Source: Myxococcota bacterium (GTDB lineage Bacteria; Myxococcota_A; UBA9160; UBA4427). From it: DNA of 64,000 nt. The notes beneath the pieces are model-generated. The model did no database searches. It saw only the letters and a list, made by a program, of their open reading frames with translations, and had not been told where the DNA came from. The stretch covers positions 5,571-69,570 of the forward strand of contig JANQSB010000068.1 in NCBI GenBank assembly GCA_028284295.1, read 5' to 3'. This document shows positions 33,823 to 42,116 of the stretch, piece by piece. Position numbers and translations under genes: made by a program. Within the stretch, counting starts at the first letter, position 1. Each line of letters begins with the position of its first letter.

Positions 33823-33871
33823 GGGCGAGAACCGGGGCGGGTCGGAATTCCGGAAGCGGTAGACTCTCGAG

Positions 33872-34264
33872 ATGTCCGAATCCGAGAGCCCGACCCCCGC
33901 CCATCCCCTCGACCGCCTCGGGGTCTTCGCCGGCGTCCTGACGGGCGTGGTGGGCTTCCTGGTGGCCGTCGCTTGCGTGGCCGTGCCGCTTTTGCACTTC
34001 GTTCTCGGACCTCTCGGTCCGGCCATCGGCGGCGCCGTGGCAGGGCGGCTGGGTCGCGGCGGGTTGGGTCGGATCCTGATGGCCGCAGTCACGATGGCGG
34101 CCGGTATGGCGGCCGTGGCCGCTGCATTCACGGGCATGATGACCGGTGACGGGGAGTCCGAGTCCACCTGGGTACGGCTGGCTCCGGCGATCGCCTTCTT
34201 CTACACCGGCGCGCTCGCCACCGCGGGTGCCTTCTTCGGGGCCGCCACCGCCCCGGCCGAGTAG
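33872..34264 (+). CDS. Gly/Ala-rich hypothetical membrane protein (130 aa)
   Basis: Four hydrophobic segments. No recognisable family. Confidence 0.45.
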   Translation: MSESESPTPAHPLDRLGVFAGVLTGVVGFLVAVACVAVPLLHFVLGPLGPAIGGAVAGRLGRGGLGRILMAAVTMAAGMAAVAAAFTGMMTGDGESESTWVRLAPAIAFFYTGALATAGAFFGAATAPAE

Positions 34265-34279
34265 CGCGACCCGAGACGG

Positions 34280-35332
34280 TCAGGGCGTCGGCTCGCCTGC
34301 CGGGCAGTCGAACGCGTAGATCGTCTCCTGGCGATAGGTCTCTCCCGGCCGCAGCACGATCCCCGGAAAGGACTCGTGATGGAGCGCGTCCGGGAAGTGC
34401 TGGGTCTCGAGGCAGAGGCCGGCGTGCGGGCCGTAGGCGGAGCCGCCCTTGCCCCGGGCGTCGAGGGAGTTTGCCGTGTACAGCTGGACGCCGGGCTCGG
34501 TGGTCGAGAGCCGCAGCCGCCGGCCCGACCCCGGGTCGCGAAGCCACCCGATCTCTCGGGGCGTGCTGCGGGCCGCATCCGCGAGCACGAAGTTGTGGTC
34601 GTAGCCTCCTCCTCCCGGCACCCCCTCCAGGTCGCGGCCGACGGTCTTGGCGACCCGGAAGTCGAGGGCCGTTCCGTCCACGGGGAGCAGTCGGCCCGTC
34701 GGAATCAGGGCCGGGTCGACCTCCGTGTAGCGCTCGGCTCGCAAGCACAGCTCGTGCTCGAGGACGCCTCCCCTGCCGGCCAGGTTCCAGTAGCTGTGAT
34801 GGGTGAGATTGATCGGCGTGGGCGCGTCGCAGCGCGCCTCGTACTCGAAGCGAAGGGCGTCGTCGTGTCCGAGCACGACCGTCACCGCGACCTCGAGCCG
34901 GCCGGGGTAGCCCTCGTCTCCGTCCGGGCTCGTGAGCGAGAAACGCAGAGCCGGCCCGTGCGGGTCGTCCTGTCGGTCGACCGTCCAGAGCTGCTTGTCG
35001 AATCCGACGCGGCCCCCGTGGAGGTGGTTGGGGCCGTCGTTCGCAGCGAGCTCGTAGCGGGTCCCGTCGAGCTCGAAGGAAGCCCCGGCGATCCGGTTCG
35101 CGACGCGTCCCACCGTGCAGCCGAAGTTGCCGCCACCCAGGTAGCCCGCGACGTCGTCGTAGCCGAGCACCACGTCGGCCAGGGTGTCGTTCCGGTCGGG
35201 GAGCCACAGCTCGGTCAGGGCGGCTCCGAGATCGATCCAGCGCGCGATCGATCCGCGGTCGTTCTCGAGGGTGTAGCGACTCACGTCCCGACCATCCTCG
35301 AGCGTTCCGAAGGCTTCGCAGCGGGGCTCCAT
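34280..35332 (-). CDS. galM: Aldose 1-epimerase (galactose mutarotase)
   Basis: ORF 34280..35401, probable start ATG 35332. GCTVGRVANRIAGASFELDG, GPNHLHGG, LTHHSYWNL and ETQHFPDA motifs. Confidence 0.85.
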   Translation of the reverse strand: MEPRCEAFGTLEDGRDVSRYTLENDRGSIARWIDLGAALTELWLPDRNDTLADVVLGYDDVAGYLGGGNFGCTVGRVANRIAGASFELDGTRYELAANDGPNHLHGGRVGFDKQLWTVDRQDDPHGPALRFSLTSPDGDEGYPGRLEVAVTVVLGHDDALRFEYEARCDAPTPINLTHHSYWNLAGRGGVLEHELCLRAERYTEVDPALIPTGRLLPVDGTALDFRVAKTVGRDLEGVPGGGGYDHNFVLADAARSTPREIGWLRDPGSGRRLRLSTTEPGVQLYTANSLDARGKGGSAYGPHAGLCLETQHFPDALHHESFPGIVLRPGETYRQETIYAFDCPAGEPTP

Positions 35333-35456
35333 GTCGGGGATCCTAATCCCCGATGGAGCGAGGGGAAGACGGGTCGGCGCCGAGAACCGCTCGTCGGCCA
35401 CGCTATCGTGCCGCTGTCCGGGCGGGTCGGCGACACCCGATCCGGGAGGAGAGCCG

Positions 35457-36284
35457 GTGAGCCAACACCCCGCGCTGCATCCCTACAACGACGGCTTCGC
35501 GTGGCGGTCCTCTCCCGTCCGGGGCCGTCTGCCCGAAGGTCTCGCCAGGCAGTTCGACGAGCAGGGCTTCTGCCTCTACGAAGGCGCCTTTCCGGCCGAC
35601 CAGGTGGCGCGCGCCATCGAAGAGATCGATCCCTGGGAAGAGAAGGTCGAGCAGTTCCTGCGCACCCGGAAGGACGGTCGGGCCCTCATCGCCCGCGCCG
35701 GCGAGATCACCTTCTCGACCCACCTGGTGACCCGCAGCGGCTGGCTGCGCGAGATGAGCGCGGCCGCTCCGATCCTCGACCTCTGCCACGACCTGATCGG
35801 TCCCGACGTCCGGCTCTACTGGGACCAGGCGGTCTACAAGAAGCCCGGCACCACCCAGGAGTTTCCGTTCCACCAGGACAACGGGTACACCTTCATCGAG
35901 CCGCAGCAGTATCTCACCTGCTGGGTGGCGCTCACCGATGCCACCGTCGACAACGGCTGTCCGTGGGTGATCCCCGGCTGGCATCGCTACGGCACCATCG
36001 CTCACGAGGCGACCGAGCTCGGCTGGCGCTGCGTCGAGTCGTCGCCCGATGCCGTGCCGGTGCCGGCGCGCGCGGGAGACATCGTGGTGTTCTCGTCCCT
36101 GACACCGCATCGCACGGGGCCGAACCTCTCGGACGGGGTGCGCAAGGCCTACATCCTGCAGTATGCGCCCGACGGGGCCCGCTGCCGCGACGGGGGCGGT
36201 GCCGACCCGGGACTCCAGAACGACGCCGACCGGCAGTACGAAGTGCTGCGCGGCGGGGAGCGGGTGCTCGTCCCCAGAGCTTGA
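35457..36284 (+). CDS. Phytanoyl-CoA dioxygenase (PhyH) family Fe(II)/2-oxoglutarate oxygenase
   Basis: Frame of ORF 35331..36284. GTG 35457 lies behind GGAGGA. FPFHQDNGY (HxD) and distal SLTPHRTGPN His. Confidence 0.8.
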   Translation: MSQHPALHPYNDGFAWRSSPVRGRLPEGLARQFDEQGFCLYEGAFPADQVARAIEEIDPWEEKVEQFLRTRKDGRALIARAGEITFSTHLVTRSGWLREMSAAAPILDLCHDLIGPDVRLYWDQAVYKKPGTTQEFPFHQDNGYTFIEPQQYLTCWVALTDATVDNGCPWVIPGWHRYGTIAHEATELGWRCVESSPDAVPVPARAGDIVVFSSLTPHRTGPNLSDGVRKAYILQYAPDGARCRDGGGADPGLQNDADRQYEVLRGGERVLVPRA

Positions 36285-36327
36285 CCCGTCGCTCCCGCGC
36301 GTGAGATCATCTCTCCGGAGGCGCGCG

Positions 36328-37295
36328 ATGCCCTCTCGATCGATGCCCTCTCGATCCAGGCCGGCCGCTCGGGCCGCCGGGCTCACGGTCGCCTTCGCGC
36401 TGGTCGGGCTGCTGGCAGCGTCGGCGGCGCTGGCCGAGCCCACGAAGTTCTACGTCGCGCCTGCCCTGAGCTCGATCTCCCTGGACGGAACCGGCATCAC
36501 CTTCGACCTGGGCACTCCCGTCGGAGAGGTGTCGATCCCGCTCTCGGCCGGGACGGGTACGGGCGCTCCGCTGCCCGACGGGACCAACGGGGACGGACTG
36601 CGCTCGACCCTCGAGGGCCACTTCAACGTGGACGTTTCGGAGTCCCTGACGACCATCGCCTTCGGCGGCCTCGGGGGTGTCGTGGTGCCGAGCACCAGCG
36701 GCAGCTGGCTGCCGGGTCCGCCCGCCGCACCCGGCGCGGCCGAGGAGGCGCAGCTCGCCATCACCCTCGCCGACCCGCTCGGCGTCGTGTCGGGGACGGC
36801 GGCCGTTCGCGAGTTCGCCATCGGGCTCGACGCGTTCGGTGTCCCGAAGGGCCTGAGCGAGGTCGCTCCGGGACGCTACGAGTTCCCCATCGGACAGTTC
36901 GCGTCGCCGCCGCTCTTCCTGGGCGTGGCGGACGGGGTGATCGACATCGCCACCAGCCTCGGCGACATCGGTTCCGGCTACCAGCCGCGGATCGGTCTGC
37001 CGCTGGGCTTCGAGCTGCCTCCCGTGGACGGCACGACGGGTGTCCTCGAGGTCGTCGACGCGACCGAGGGCATCCTGAAGCTGACCCTGCCGATCGACAT
37101 CACGGCCGTGATCCCGCCCACGACCTTCGGCGAGTCGCTTCCCCTGTCGCTCGACCTGCGCGCTTCCAGGGCCAGATCGTGGCCTACAACCGCATTCCGG
37201 TGCCCGAGCCGACATCGGCCGGGACGGCCGCTGCGGCCCTCGTCGCCCTGGCCGGGATCGCGGCGCGGCGACGCAGTCCGGGAAGGGCCCGATGA
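36328..37295 (+). pseudogene. Secreted PEP-CTERM protein with an apparent frameshift near 37160
   Basis: Signal peptide (AGLTVAFALVGLLAASAALA) and a sensible sequence run to ...SLPLSLDLR in the frame of ORF 36163..37791. The canonical tail FQGQIVAYNRIPVPEPTSAGTAAAALVALAGIAARRR-stop is in the adjacent frame and ends in an ATGA overlap with the next gene. Span = 968 nt (3n+2). Confidence 0.6.
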
Positions 37296-38257
37296 GACGC
37301 TCCCGTCGCGCTTCGTCCCGCATCACGACGCTGGCCGCGCTGGCGCTGGTCCCGCTGCTGCTGGGCAGCGAGTGCAACGAGGCCGAGGAGCTGCAGTACA
37401 TCGTCTTCGGCCTGTCGCGCCCGATCAGCGAGGCGCAGCTGAACGCCGCGGCCGTGCAGGTCGCCTTCTGTCGCTCGCTCTCGCTGACGGTCCGGGTCGA
37501 CGACGTGGTCGAGGCACAGACTCCCGACCCCGAGGCCTGCGAGACCCAGCAGACCGTGTCGCTGCCCGACGAGGGCGTGACGATTCTCGCGGACGTGGAG
37601 CTGCCGACGGATCCGCAGCGTCAGTCACTCGGACTGACGCTGACCTCGACCCTCGACAACGCGCTGGCGCCCGGTCGGGTGCGCGTCGATTGGGAGGCGA
37701 CGTTCCGCTACGAATCGGATCCCTACACCGAGACGGAGCCGGACCCGGCGGTCTACGTGCAGTTCACCAAGGTCATCCGCTACCCGGATAGCGACCCCGG
37801 GGCCACCGCCTCGGTGGGGATCGGACCGGCGGGTGGGCCGATCCAGCCGGTCGCTCTGCCGACCGCGGGGGTCTTCCTCGATCCGGCCGGAGACTCGTTC
37901 GATCTCGAGGCGAGCATCGGCTACTCGCCGACACTGCCGGGCAACACGACCCAACAGCTGTGGGGCCTCTCCTCGGTTCAGGCCATCGTGGCCAGCTCGA
38001 ACTTCGTCTGCCGCGAGCTCGACGACGGCAAGCCCTTGAGCGGCGGCTTCCTTCCCCCCTGCCACACCGGGACCGCCGGCGACTCCTGCGAGTCCGATCG
38101 GCAGTGCGGAGAGGGCTTCGGATGCCGCAGCTTCAGCTGTACCCCACTGGGCGGTCTCGGAGCCCCCTGCCAGGACGACTCGGACTGCGATGGCACCCTG
38201 CGCTGCGACGACGAGGCCGGGGAGTGCCTCGTGGGCCTGGTGATGCCTGAGCCCTGA
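37292..38257 (+). CDS. Secreted protein with a C-terminal Cys-rich repeat domain
   Basis: 321 aa. N-terminal signal (ITTLAALALVPLLLGSEC). C terminus GDSCESDRQCGEGFGCRSFSCTP / GAPCQDDSDCDGTLRCDDEAGECL resembles myxobacterial-type Cys-rich repeats. Confidence 0.7.
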   Translation: MRRSRRASSRITTLAALALVPLLLGSECNEAEELQYIVFGLSRPISEAQLNAAAVQVAFCRSLSLTVRVDDVVEAQTPDPEACETQQTVSLPDEGVTILADVELPTDPQRQSLGLTLTSTLDNALAPGRVRVDWEATFRYESDPYTETEPDPAVYVQFTKVIRYPDSDPGATASVGIGPAGGPIQPVALPTAGVFLDPAGDSFDLEASIGYSPTLPGNTTQQLWGLSSVQAIVASSNFVCRELDDGKPLSGGFLPPCHTGTAGDSCESDRQCGEGFGCRSFSCTPLGGLGAPCQDDSDCDGTLRCDDEAGECLVGLVMPEP

Positions 38258-38265
38258 GGCCGATA

Positions 38266-38292
38266 TTCGCAATGATGTCGAGGGCTTGCGAA
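38266..38292. promoter_or_regulatory. Inverted repeat TTCGCAA-N13-TTGCGAA upstream of a TetR gene (candidate operator)
   Basis: Read directly. 7-bp perfect arms, 11 nt upstream of the TTG start at 38303. Confidence 0.35.
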
Positions 38293-38302
38293 ATGCAGCC
38301 AC

Positions 38303-38899
38303 TTGGCTACATTGCGGCCCGTGCCCCGATCCGACTCCAGGACTGCCAGCCCTCGCGGTCGCGACGCCGTGGTCGACGCGGTCTGCAAGGCCGGCGCCGA
38401 GCTGTTCGCCGAACGCGGCCCGGGCGCGGTCTCCAGCCGCGAGATCGCGGCGCGAGCGGGCGTGAACTACGGCCTGCTGCACCGGCACTTCGGCAGCCGG
38501 GAGGCGCTCGTCAGCGAGATCATGACGCGCCTGTCCGCCGAGCTCGGGCGCGCCCTCGACGAGGGCCAGCGGAGCGGGCGTTCCGTCTTCGCGACGCTCG
38601 CCGAGCAGCCCGCGTACGCACGGGCGCTGGCCCGGGCCGCTCTCGACGGCTTCGACATGACGAGCCTGCAGGACGCCCATCCCATCCTCGATCGCCTGGT
38701 GCCCCTCGTCAGTGGCGGGGCCGGCGTGGCCGACGCCTCCCTCGAGGACCGCGCCGCCGTGGCCGCGGCCTCCGCGGCCTTCCTGGGCTGGGCGGTCTTC
38801 GGATCGTTCCTCGGGCCCGCACTGGAGCTCGAGGGGACCGAGGGCGAGCACGCCATCGAGGCCGCCCTGCGCGCCGCGGGCGCGCTCGCCGAAACCTGA
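38303..38899 (+). CDS. TetR-family transcriptional regulator
   Basis: 198 aa (TTG start; a GTG a few codons downstream is possible). RDAVVDAVCKAGAELFAERGPGAVSSREIAARAGVNYGLLHRHF. Confidence 0.85.
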   Translation: MATLRPVPRSDSRTASPRGRDAVVDAVCKAGAELFAERGPGAVSSREIAARAGVNYGLLHRHFGSREALVSEIMTRLSAELGRALDEGQRSGRSVFATLAEQPAYARALARAALDGFDMTSLQDAHPILDRLVPLVSGGAGVADASLEDRAAVAAASAAFLGWAVFGSFLGPALELEGTEGEHAIEAALRAAGALAET

Positions 38900-38928
38900 A
38901 CCCACGACACGAACCGCCAGGAGACGAC

Positions 38929-39774
38929 ATGCAGACCCAGCCCCTCGACGGTGCCTTCGGCGCCCAGGTCCTGAACGTGAATCTTTCCGAGGCCGTCGAC
39001 GACGAGGCCTTCGCCAAGGAGCTCCGCGCGCTGCTGCTGCAGGAACGGTTGCTGGTGTTCCGCGACCAGCAGCTCGACGCCCGCACCCTTCGGGACGTCG
39101 GTCGCTGTCTCGGAAGCCTGGACGTGCACCCCTTCATCGAGCCCGTCGAAGGGGTCCCGGAGGTCGTCGCCATCGTGAAGGAGGCCGACGAGCGGCAGAA
39201 CTTCGGGGGTGCCTGGCACTCCGAGGTCAGCTTCTACGAGGAGCCGGCGATGGGGACCATGTTGTACGCCGTCGAGACCCCCGAAGACGGTGGCGACACC
39301 CTGCTCGCGGACGCGGTCCGCGCCTGGGAGGCCCTGCCGGCGGAGACCCGGAAACGGATCGACGGCCTGCGCGCGCTGCACTCGGCCGAGCACGTCTACG
39401 GGGTCGGCGGCTTCTATCAGGACCGCGCCCAGGGAGCGGCCTCCGGCACGAAGACGCGCGGGATGGACGCCGTGCAGGGTCGGGTCTCGCATCCGCTCGT
39501 ACGCACCCACCCCGAGACCGGCGAGAAGATCCTCTACGTGAACCTCGCGTTCACGGTCGGGATCGAGGGCATGCCCGACGAGGAGGCGCGGCCCCTGCTC
39601 AACGAGCTGATCCAGCACGCGACGAGCAAACCCTTCGTGACGAGGCTCCAGTGGCAGCCCGGGACCCTCGCGATGTGGGACAACCGCTCGACCCAGCACT
39701 GCGCCCTCAACGACTACCGGGGTCAGCGCCGGGAGATGCTGCGGGTGGTGATCGAGGGAGACCGGCCCGTCTGA
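38929..39774 (+). CDS. TauD/TfdA-family Fe(II)/2-oxoglutarate dioxygenase
   Basis: Tail of ORF 38272..39774, from ATG 38929 (MQTQPLDGAFGAQVLNV...). GGAWHSEVSF (H-x-E), GDTLLAD, WDNRSTQHCA. Confidence 0.85.
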   Translation: MQTQPLDGAFGAQVLNVNLSEAVDDEAFAKELRALLLQERLLVFRDQQLDARTLRDVGRCLGSLDVHPFIEPVEGVPEVVAIVKEADERQNFGGAWHSEVSFYEEPAMGTMLYAVETPEDGGDTLLADAVRAWEALPAETRKRIDGLRALHSAEHVYGVGGFYQDRAQGAASGTKTRGMDAVQGRVSHPLVRTHPETGEKILYVNLAFTVGIEGMPDEEARPLLNELIQHATSKPFVTRLQWQPGTLAMWDNRSTQHCALNDYRGQRREMLRVVIEGDRPV

Positions 39775-39788
39775 CGGGCCGGCTCGCT

Positions 39789-40199
39789 TCAGCCCGATTG
39801 CTCGTCGACGCGGGGCAGGGTCCCGAGCTCGTCGAGCCAGCCCTGTGCCGACCGGCACCAGAGCTGCGCGACGGGTCGCAGCGACCCACGCTGCTGCAGC
39901 ACCCCCGTCCGCAGGCTCAGAGGGCCTCGCTCTCCCGGGCCGGGGCCGCCGTAGAGGGCCGTCCCGCAGCTCGGGCAGAAGCCGAGTGCGCGCTGCGCTC
40001 CGCTCTCGGCACGCTTGAGGTACTCGCGAACCTCGCCGGAGAGCAGCCGGAACGTATCGCGTTCGCTCACCGCGATGGTGCGGAAGGCGCTCCCCGAGTG
40101 CGTCTGACAGTCGGTGCAGTGACAGACGAACACGAGGCGGGGATCCACCTCGGCCTCGAAGGAGACCTCGCCACACAGGCAGGCACCGTCGACCTTCAT
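39789..40199 (-). CDS. GFA (glutathione-dependent formaldehyde-activating / CENP-V-like) zinc protein, 136 aa
   Basis: Tail of ORF 39789..41381, from ATG 40199. GACLCGEVSF...[15 protein letters not shown]...FCPSCGTAL. Confidence 0.8.
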   Translation of the reverse strand: MKVDGACLCGEVSFEAEVDPRLVFVCHCTDCQTHSGSAFRTIAVSERDTFRLLSGEVREYLKRAESGAQRALGFCPSCGTALYGGPGPGERGPLSLRTGVLQQRGSLRPVAQLWCRSAQGWLDELGTLPRVDEQSG

Positions 40200-41401
40200 G
40201 GCCGGAGCCCCGACCTCCTCCCGGAGCCCTGCGCGCCGGCGCCTCGCCTTCGCAGCAGGGTGACGGCCCCGAGTGCAGCCGCGGCCGCGACTCCGGCCCC
40301 GGGCTCCGGCACGAAGGCCACGAAGTCGGGAAACTCGCGCTTGTCGGTGTCTCCGTGGTCGAGCTCCGGGCTGCTCAGGACGGTGCCGCTCACGGCGTCG
40401 AGGTCGAGTGAGTAGAGGTCGAAGGGCACGGACGAGCTGGCGCGGTACATCGTGAAGAAGATGCCGCTCCCGGAGTCGATGGCGCCGCGACCCGTGGCTC
40501 CGCTCGTCTCCACGAAGGTGTCGCCGACGGGAGTGAGCGCGCCGGTCGTCGTGTTCACCTGCATCAGGTAGCGGGTCCGCGGGTTCGTGGCGTTCGAGCC
40601 GAAGACCCCGAAGAGGGTTCCCGAACCTTCGTCGAACTCGAGGAAGTCCGGGGCGTTCAAGAGGCCGGTGACACCGCCGTCGTCCAGGTCGGGATTGGCG
40701 ACGACGGCGCCCGTGGTGAGGGAGACCGAGTAGATCTTCCGGTTGCCTCCGGAGACGGCTGGGCCGATGAAGTGGAAGAGCCCGTTCGCCGGGTCGATCG
40801 CCGAGGCGCCGCCGGCGGAGTTGAGCGAGAAGCCCGCGCCGATCGGATCGATCTCCCCGGTTGCAGGATCCAGGGTCGCGACCCACCAGGTCCGATTCTC
40901 GACGGGAGTGACGTCGGTCTGGACCACGCCGTAGATCGTCCCGGTGCTGGGGTCCAGGTCGAACAGGAAGGGGCTGAGCCGAAGGTCGGCGACCGGACTC
41001 GACGTGTCCTGGAGCGGGTTGGAATCGAGCTGGTTTCCGGTCGCGAGGTCCACGGTGTACAGCGTGCGATTGCTCGAAGGGCCGACGTTGGGCCCCGCAC
41101 TCACGTAGGCGACACCGGGACCCGGGTCCGCGGCCATGTGGTTGCCGCCGAAGGTCACCCATTTCGCGGGGATGCCGTTGCCGTAGATCGACACCGAACC
41201 GCTCGCGGTGTCGACGGTGCCGAGGAAGTAGCTCTCGAGCACCGTGTCGTAGAACATTCCGTAGTAGGTGCCCTGGGCCCGCGACGTTCCCGGGATCGAG
41301 ATCCCCAGAACCAGACCGAGGATTGCGGCCAGCAAGCGCACGGAAAGCCTCCCCCAAGGTGCTGGGGAGCGTCGACAGCATGGGCGAGATCCTTCGCTCA
41401 T
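40196..41401 (-). CDS. Secreted PEP-CTERM protein with repeat-rich (propeller-like) body, ~401 aa
   Basis: ORF 40196..41638, probable start ATG 41401. Signal LLAAILGLVLGISIPGTSRAQG. C terminus FVPEPGAGVAAAAALGAVTLLRRR. ATGA overlap with the GFA start. Confidence 0.75.
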   Translation of the reverse strand: MSEGSRPCCRRSPAPWGRLSVRLLAAILGLVLGISIPGTSRAQGTYYGMFYDTVLESYFLGTVDTASGSVSIYGNGIPAKWVTFGGNHMAADPGPGVAYVSAGPNVGPSSNRTLYTVDLATGNQLDSNPLQDTSSPVADLRLSPFLFDLDPSTGTIYGVVQTDVTPVENRTWWVATLDPATGEIDPIGAGFSLNSAGGASAIDPANGLFHFIGPAVSGGNRKIYSVSLTTGAVVANPDLDDGGVTGLLNAPDFLEFDEGSGTLFGVFGSNATNPRTRYLMQVNTTTGALTPVGDTFVETSGATGRGAIDSGSGIFFTMYRASSSVPFDLYSLDLDAVSGTVLSSPELDHGDTDKREFPDFVAFVPEPGAGVAAAAALGAVTLLRRRGAGAQGSGRRSGLRP

Positions 41402-41487
41402 GCCAGCCACGGGTGCCACGGCGTCTACACCGCCGTGTGCTCGCAGTGGGCGATGCCGTGTCGGGCCCGGGAGACTTCTTCTCCCGC

Positions 41488-42024
41488 TCAGCGGACGCCG
41501 AGCTTGCGGGCGGCGCGGTCTGCGGCCTCCGGCCCGGCCAGCTGGCGCAGGAGGAGAAGGCCGTCGACGAGGGCGGTGGCGGCCTCGGCCTCGGCGCGCC
41601 GGCGCTTCGGCGTGCCCTCGAGAAAGGTCGCCGTCCACGCGATCCAGCCCTCCACCAGGGCGGGCACCAGTGTCCGGTAGGGGTCGCGGCCCGCGGCTGC
41701 CAGGCCGTTCGCCTCGAAGAAGAGCCCGAACAGGGGGTCGGTTTCGGGTTGCGCGAGCACCGGCCAGGCGGACCGCACCAGCTCGACGTGGTCGCGCGCC
41801 GGCTTGCGGAAGGCGTCGCCGAGGGTCTGCTGCAGCTCGAGGCCCATCGACCCGAGGACCTGGCCGATCAGGTCGTCCTTGGACGGGAAGTAGTACACGA
41901 CCGTCCGGTCGCTGATTCCGAGCCGCCCGGCGACACGACCGAAGCTCAGCTGGCTGAGCCCGTCGTCGAGCGCCGCCGCCAGGGCCTCCTCGAGGATCCG
42001 TTCCCTGCTGTGCCTGCGGCGCAT
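41488..42024 (-). CDS. TetR-family transcriptional regulator
   Basis: 178 aa. RERILEEALAAALDDGLSQLSFGRVAGRLGISDRTVVYYF. Confidence 0.9.
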   Translation of the reverse strand: MRRRHSRERILEEALAAALDDGLSQLSFGRVAGRLGISDRTVVYYFPSKDDLIGQVLGSMGLELQQTLGDAFRKPARDHVELVRSAWPVLAQPETDPLFGLFFEANGLAAAGRDPYRTLVPALVEGWIAWTATFLEGTPKRRRAEAEAATALVDGLLLLRQLAGPEAADRAARKLGVR

Positions 42025-42035
42025 CCCGGATTGAC

Positions 42036-42070
42036 TGTAGCAGTCACTACGATATTGTAGCGGTCACTAC
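42036..42070. promoter_or_regulatory. Two direct 15-bp repeats TGTAGCrGTCACTAC spaced 20 bp centre to centre (candidate TetR operators)
   Basis: tgtagcagtcactac (42036-42050) and tgtagcggtcactac (42056-42070), 14/15 identical. Each contains GTAG...CTAC dyad symmetry. Located in the divergent TetR/hydrolase intergenic region. Confidence 0.45.
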
Positions 42071-42116
42071 AAAACGACACGGCGCGCCCCTGGACGAAGC
42101 GAGAGGAGATCGCGAC

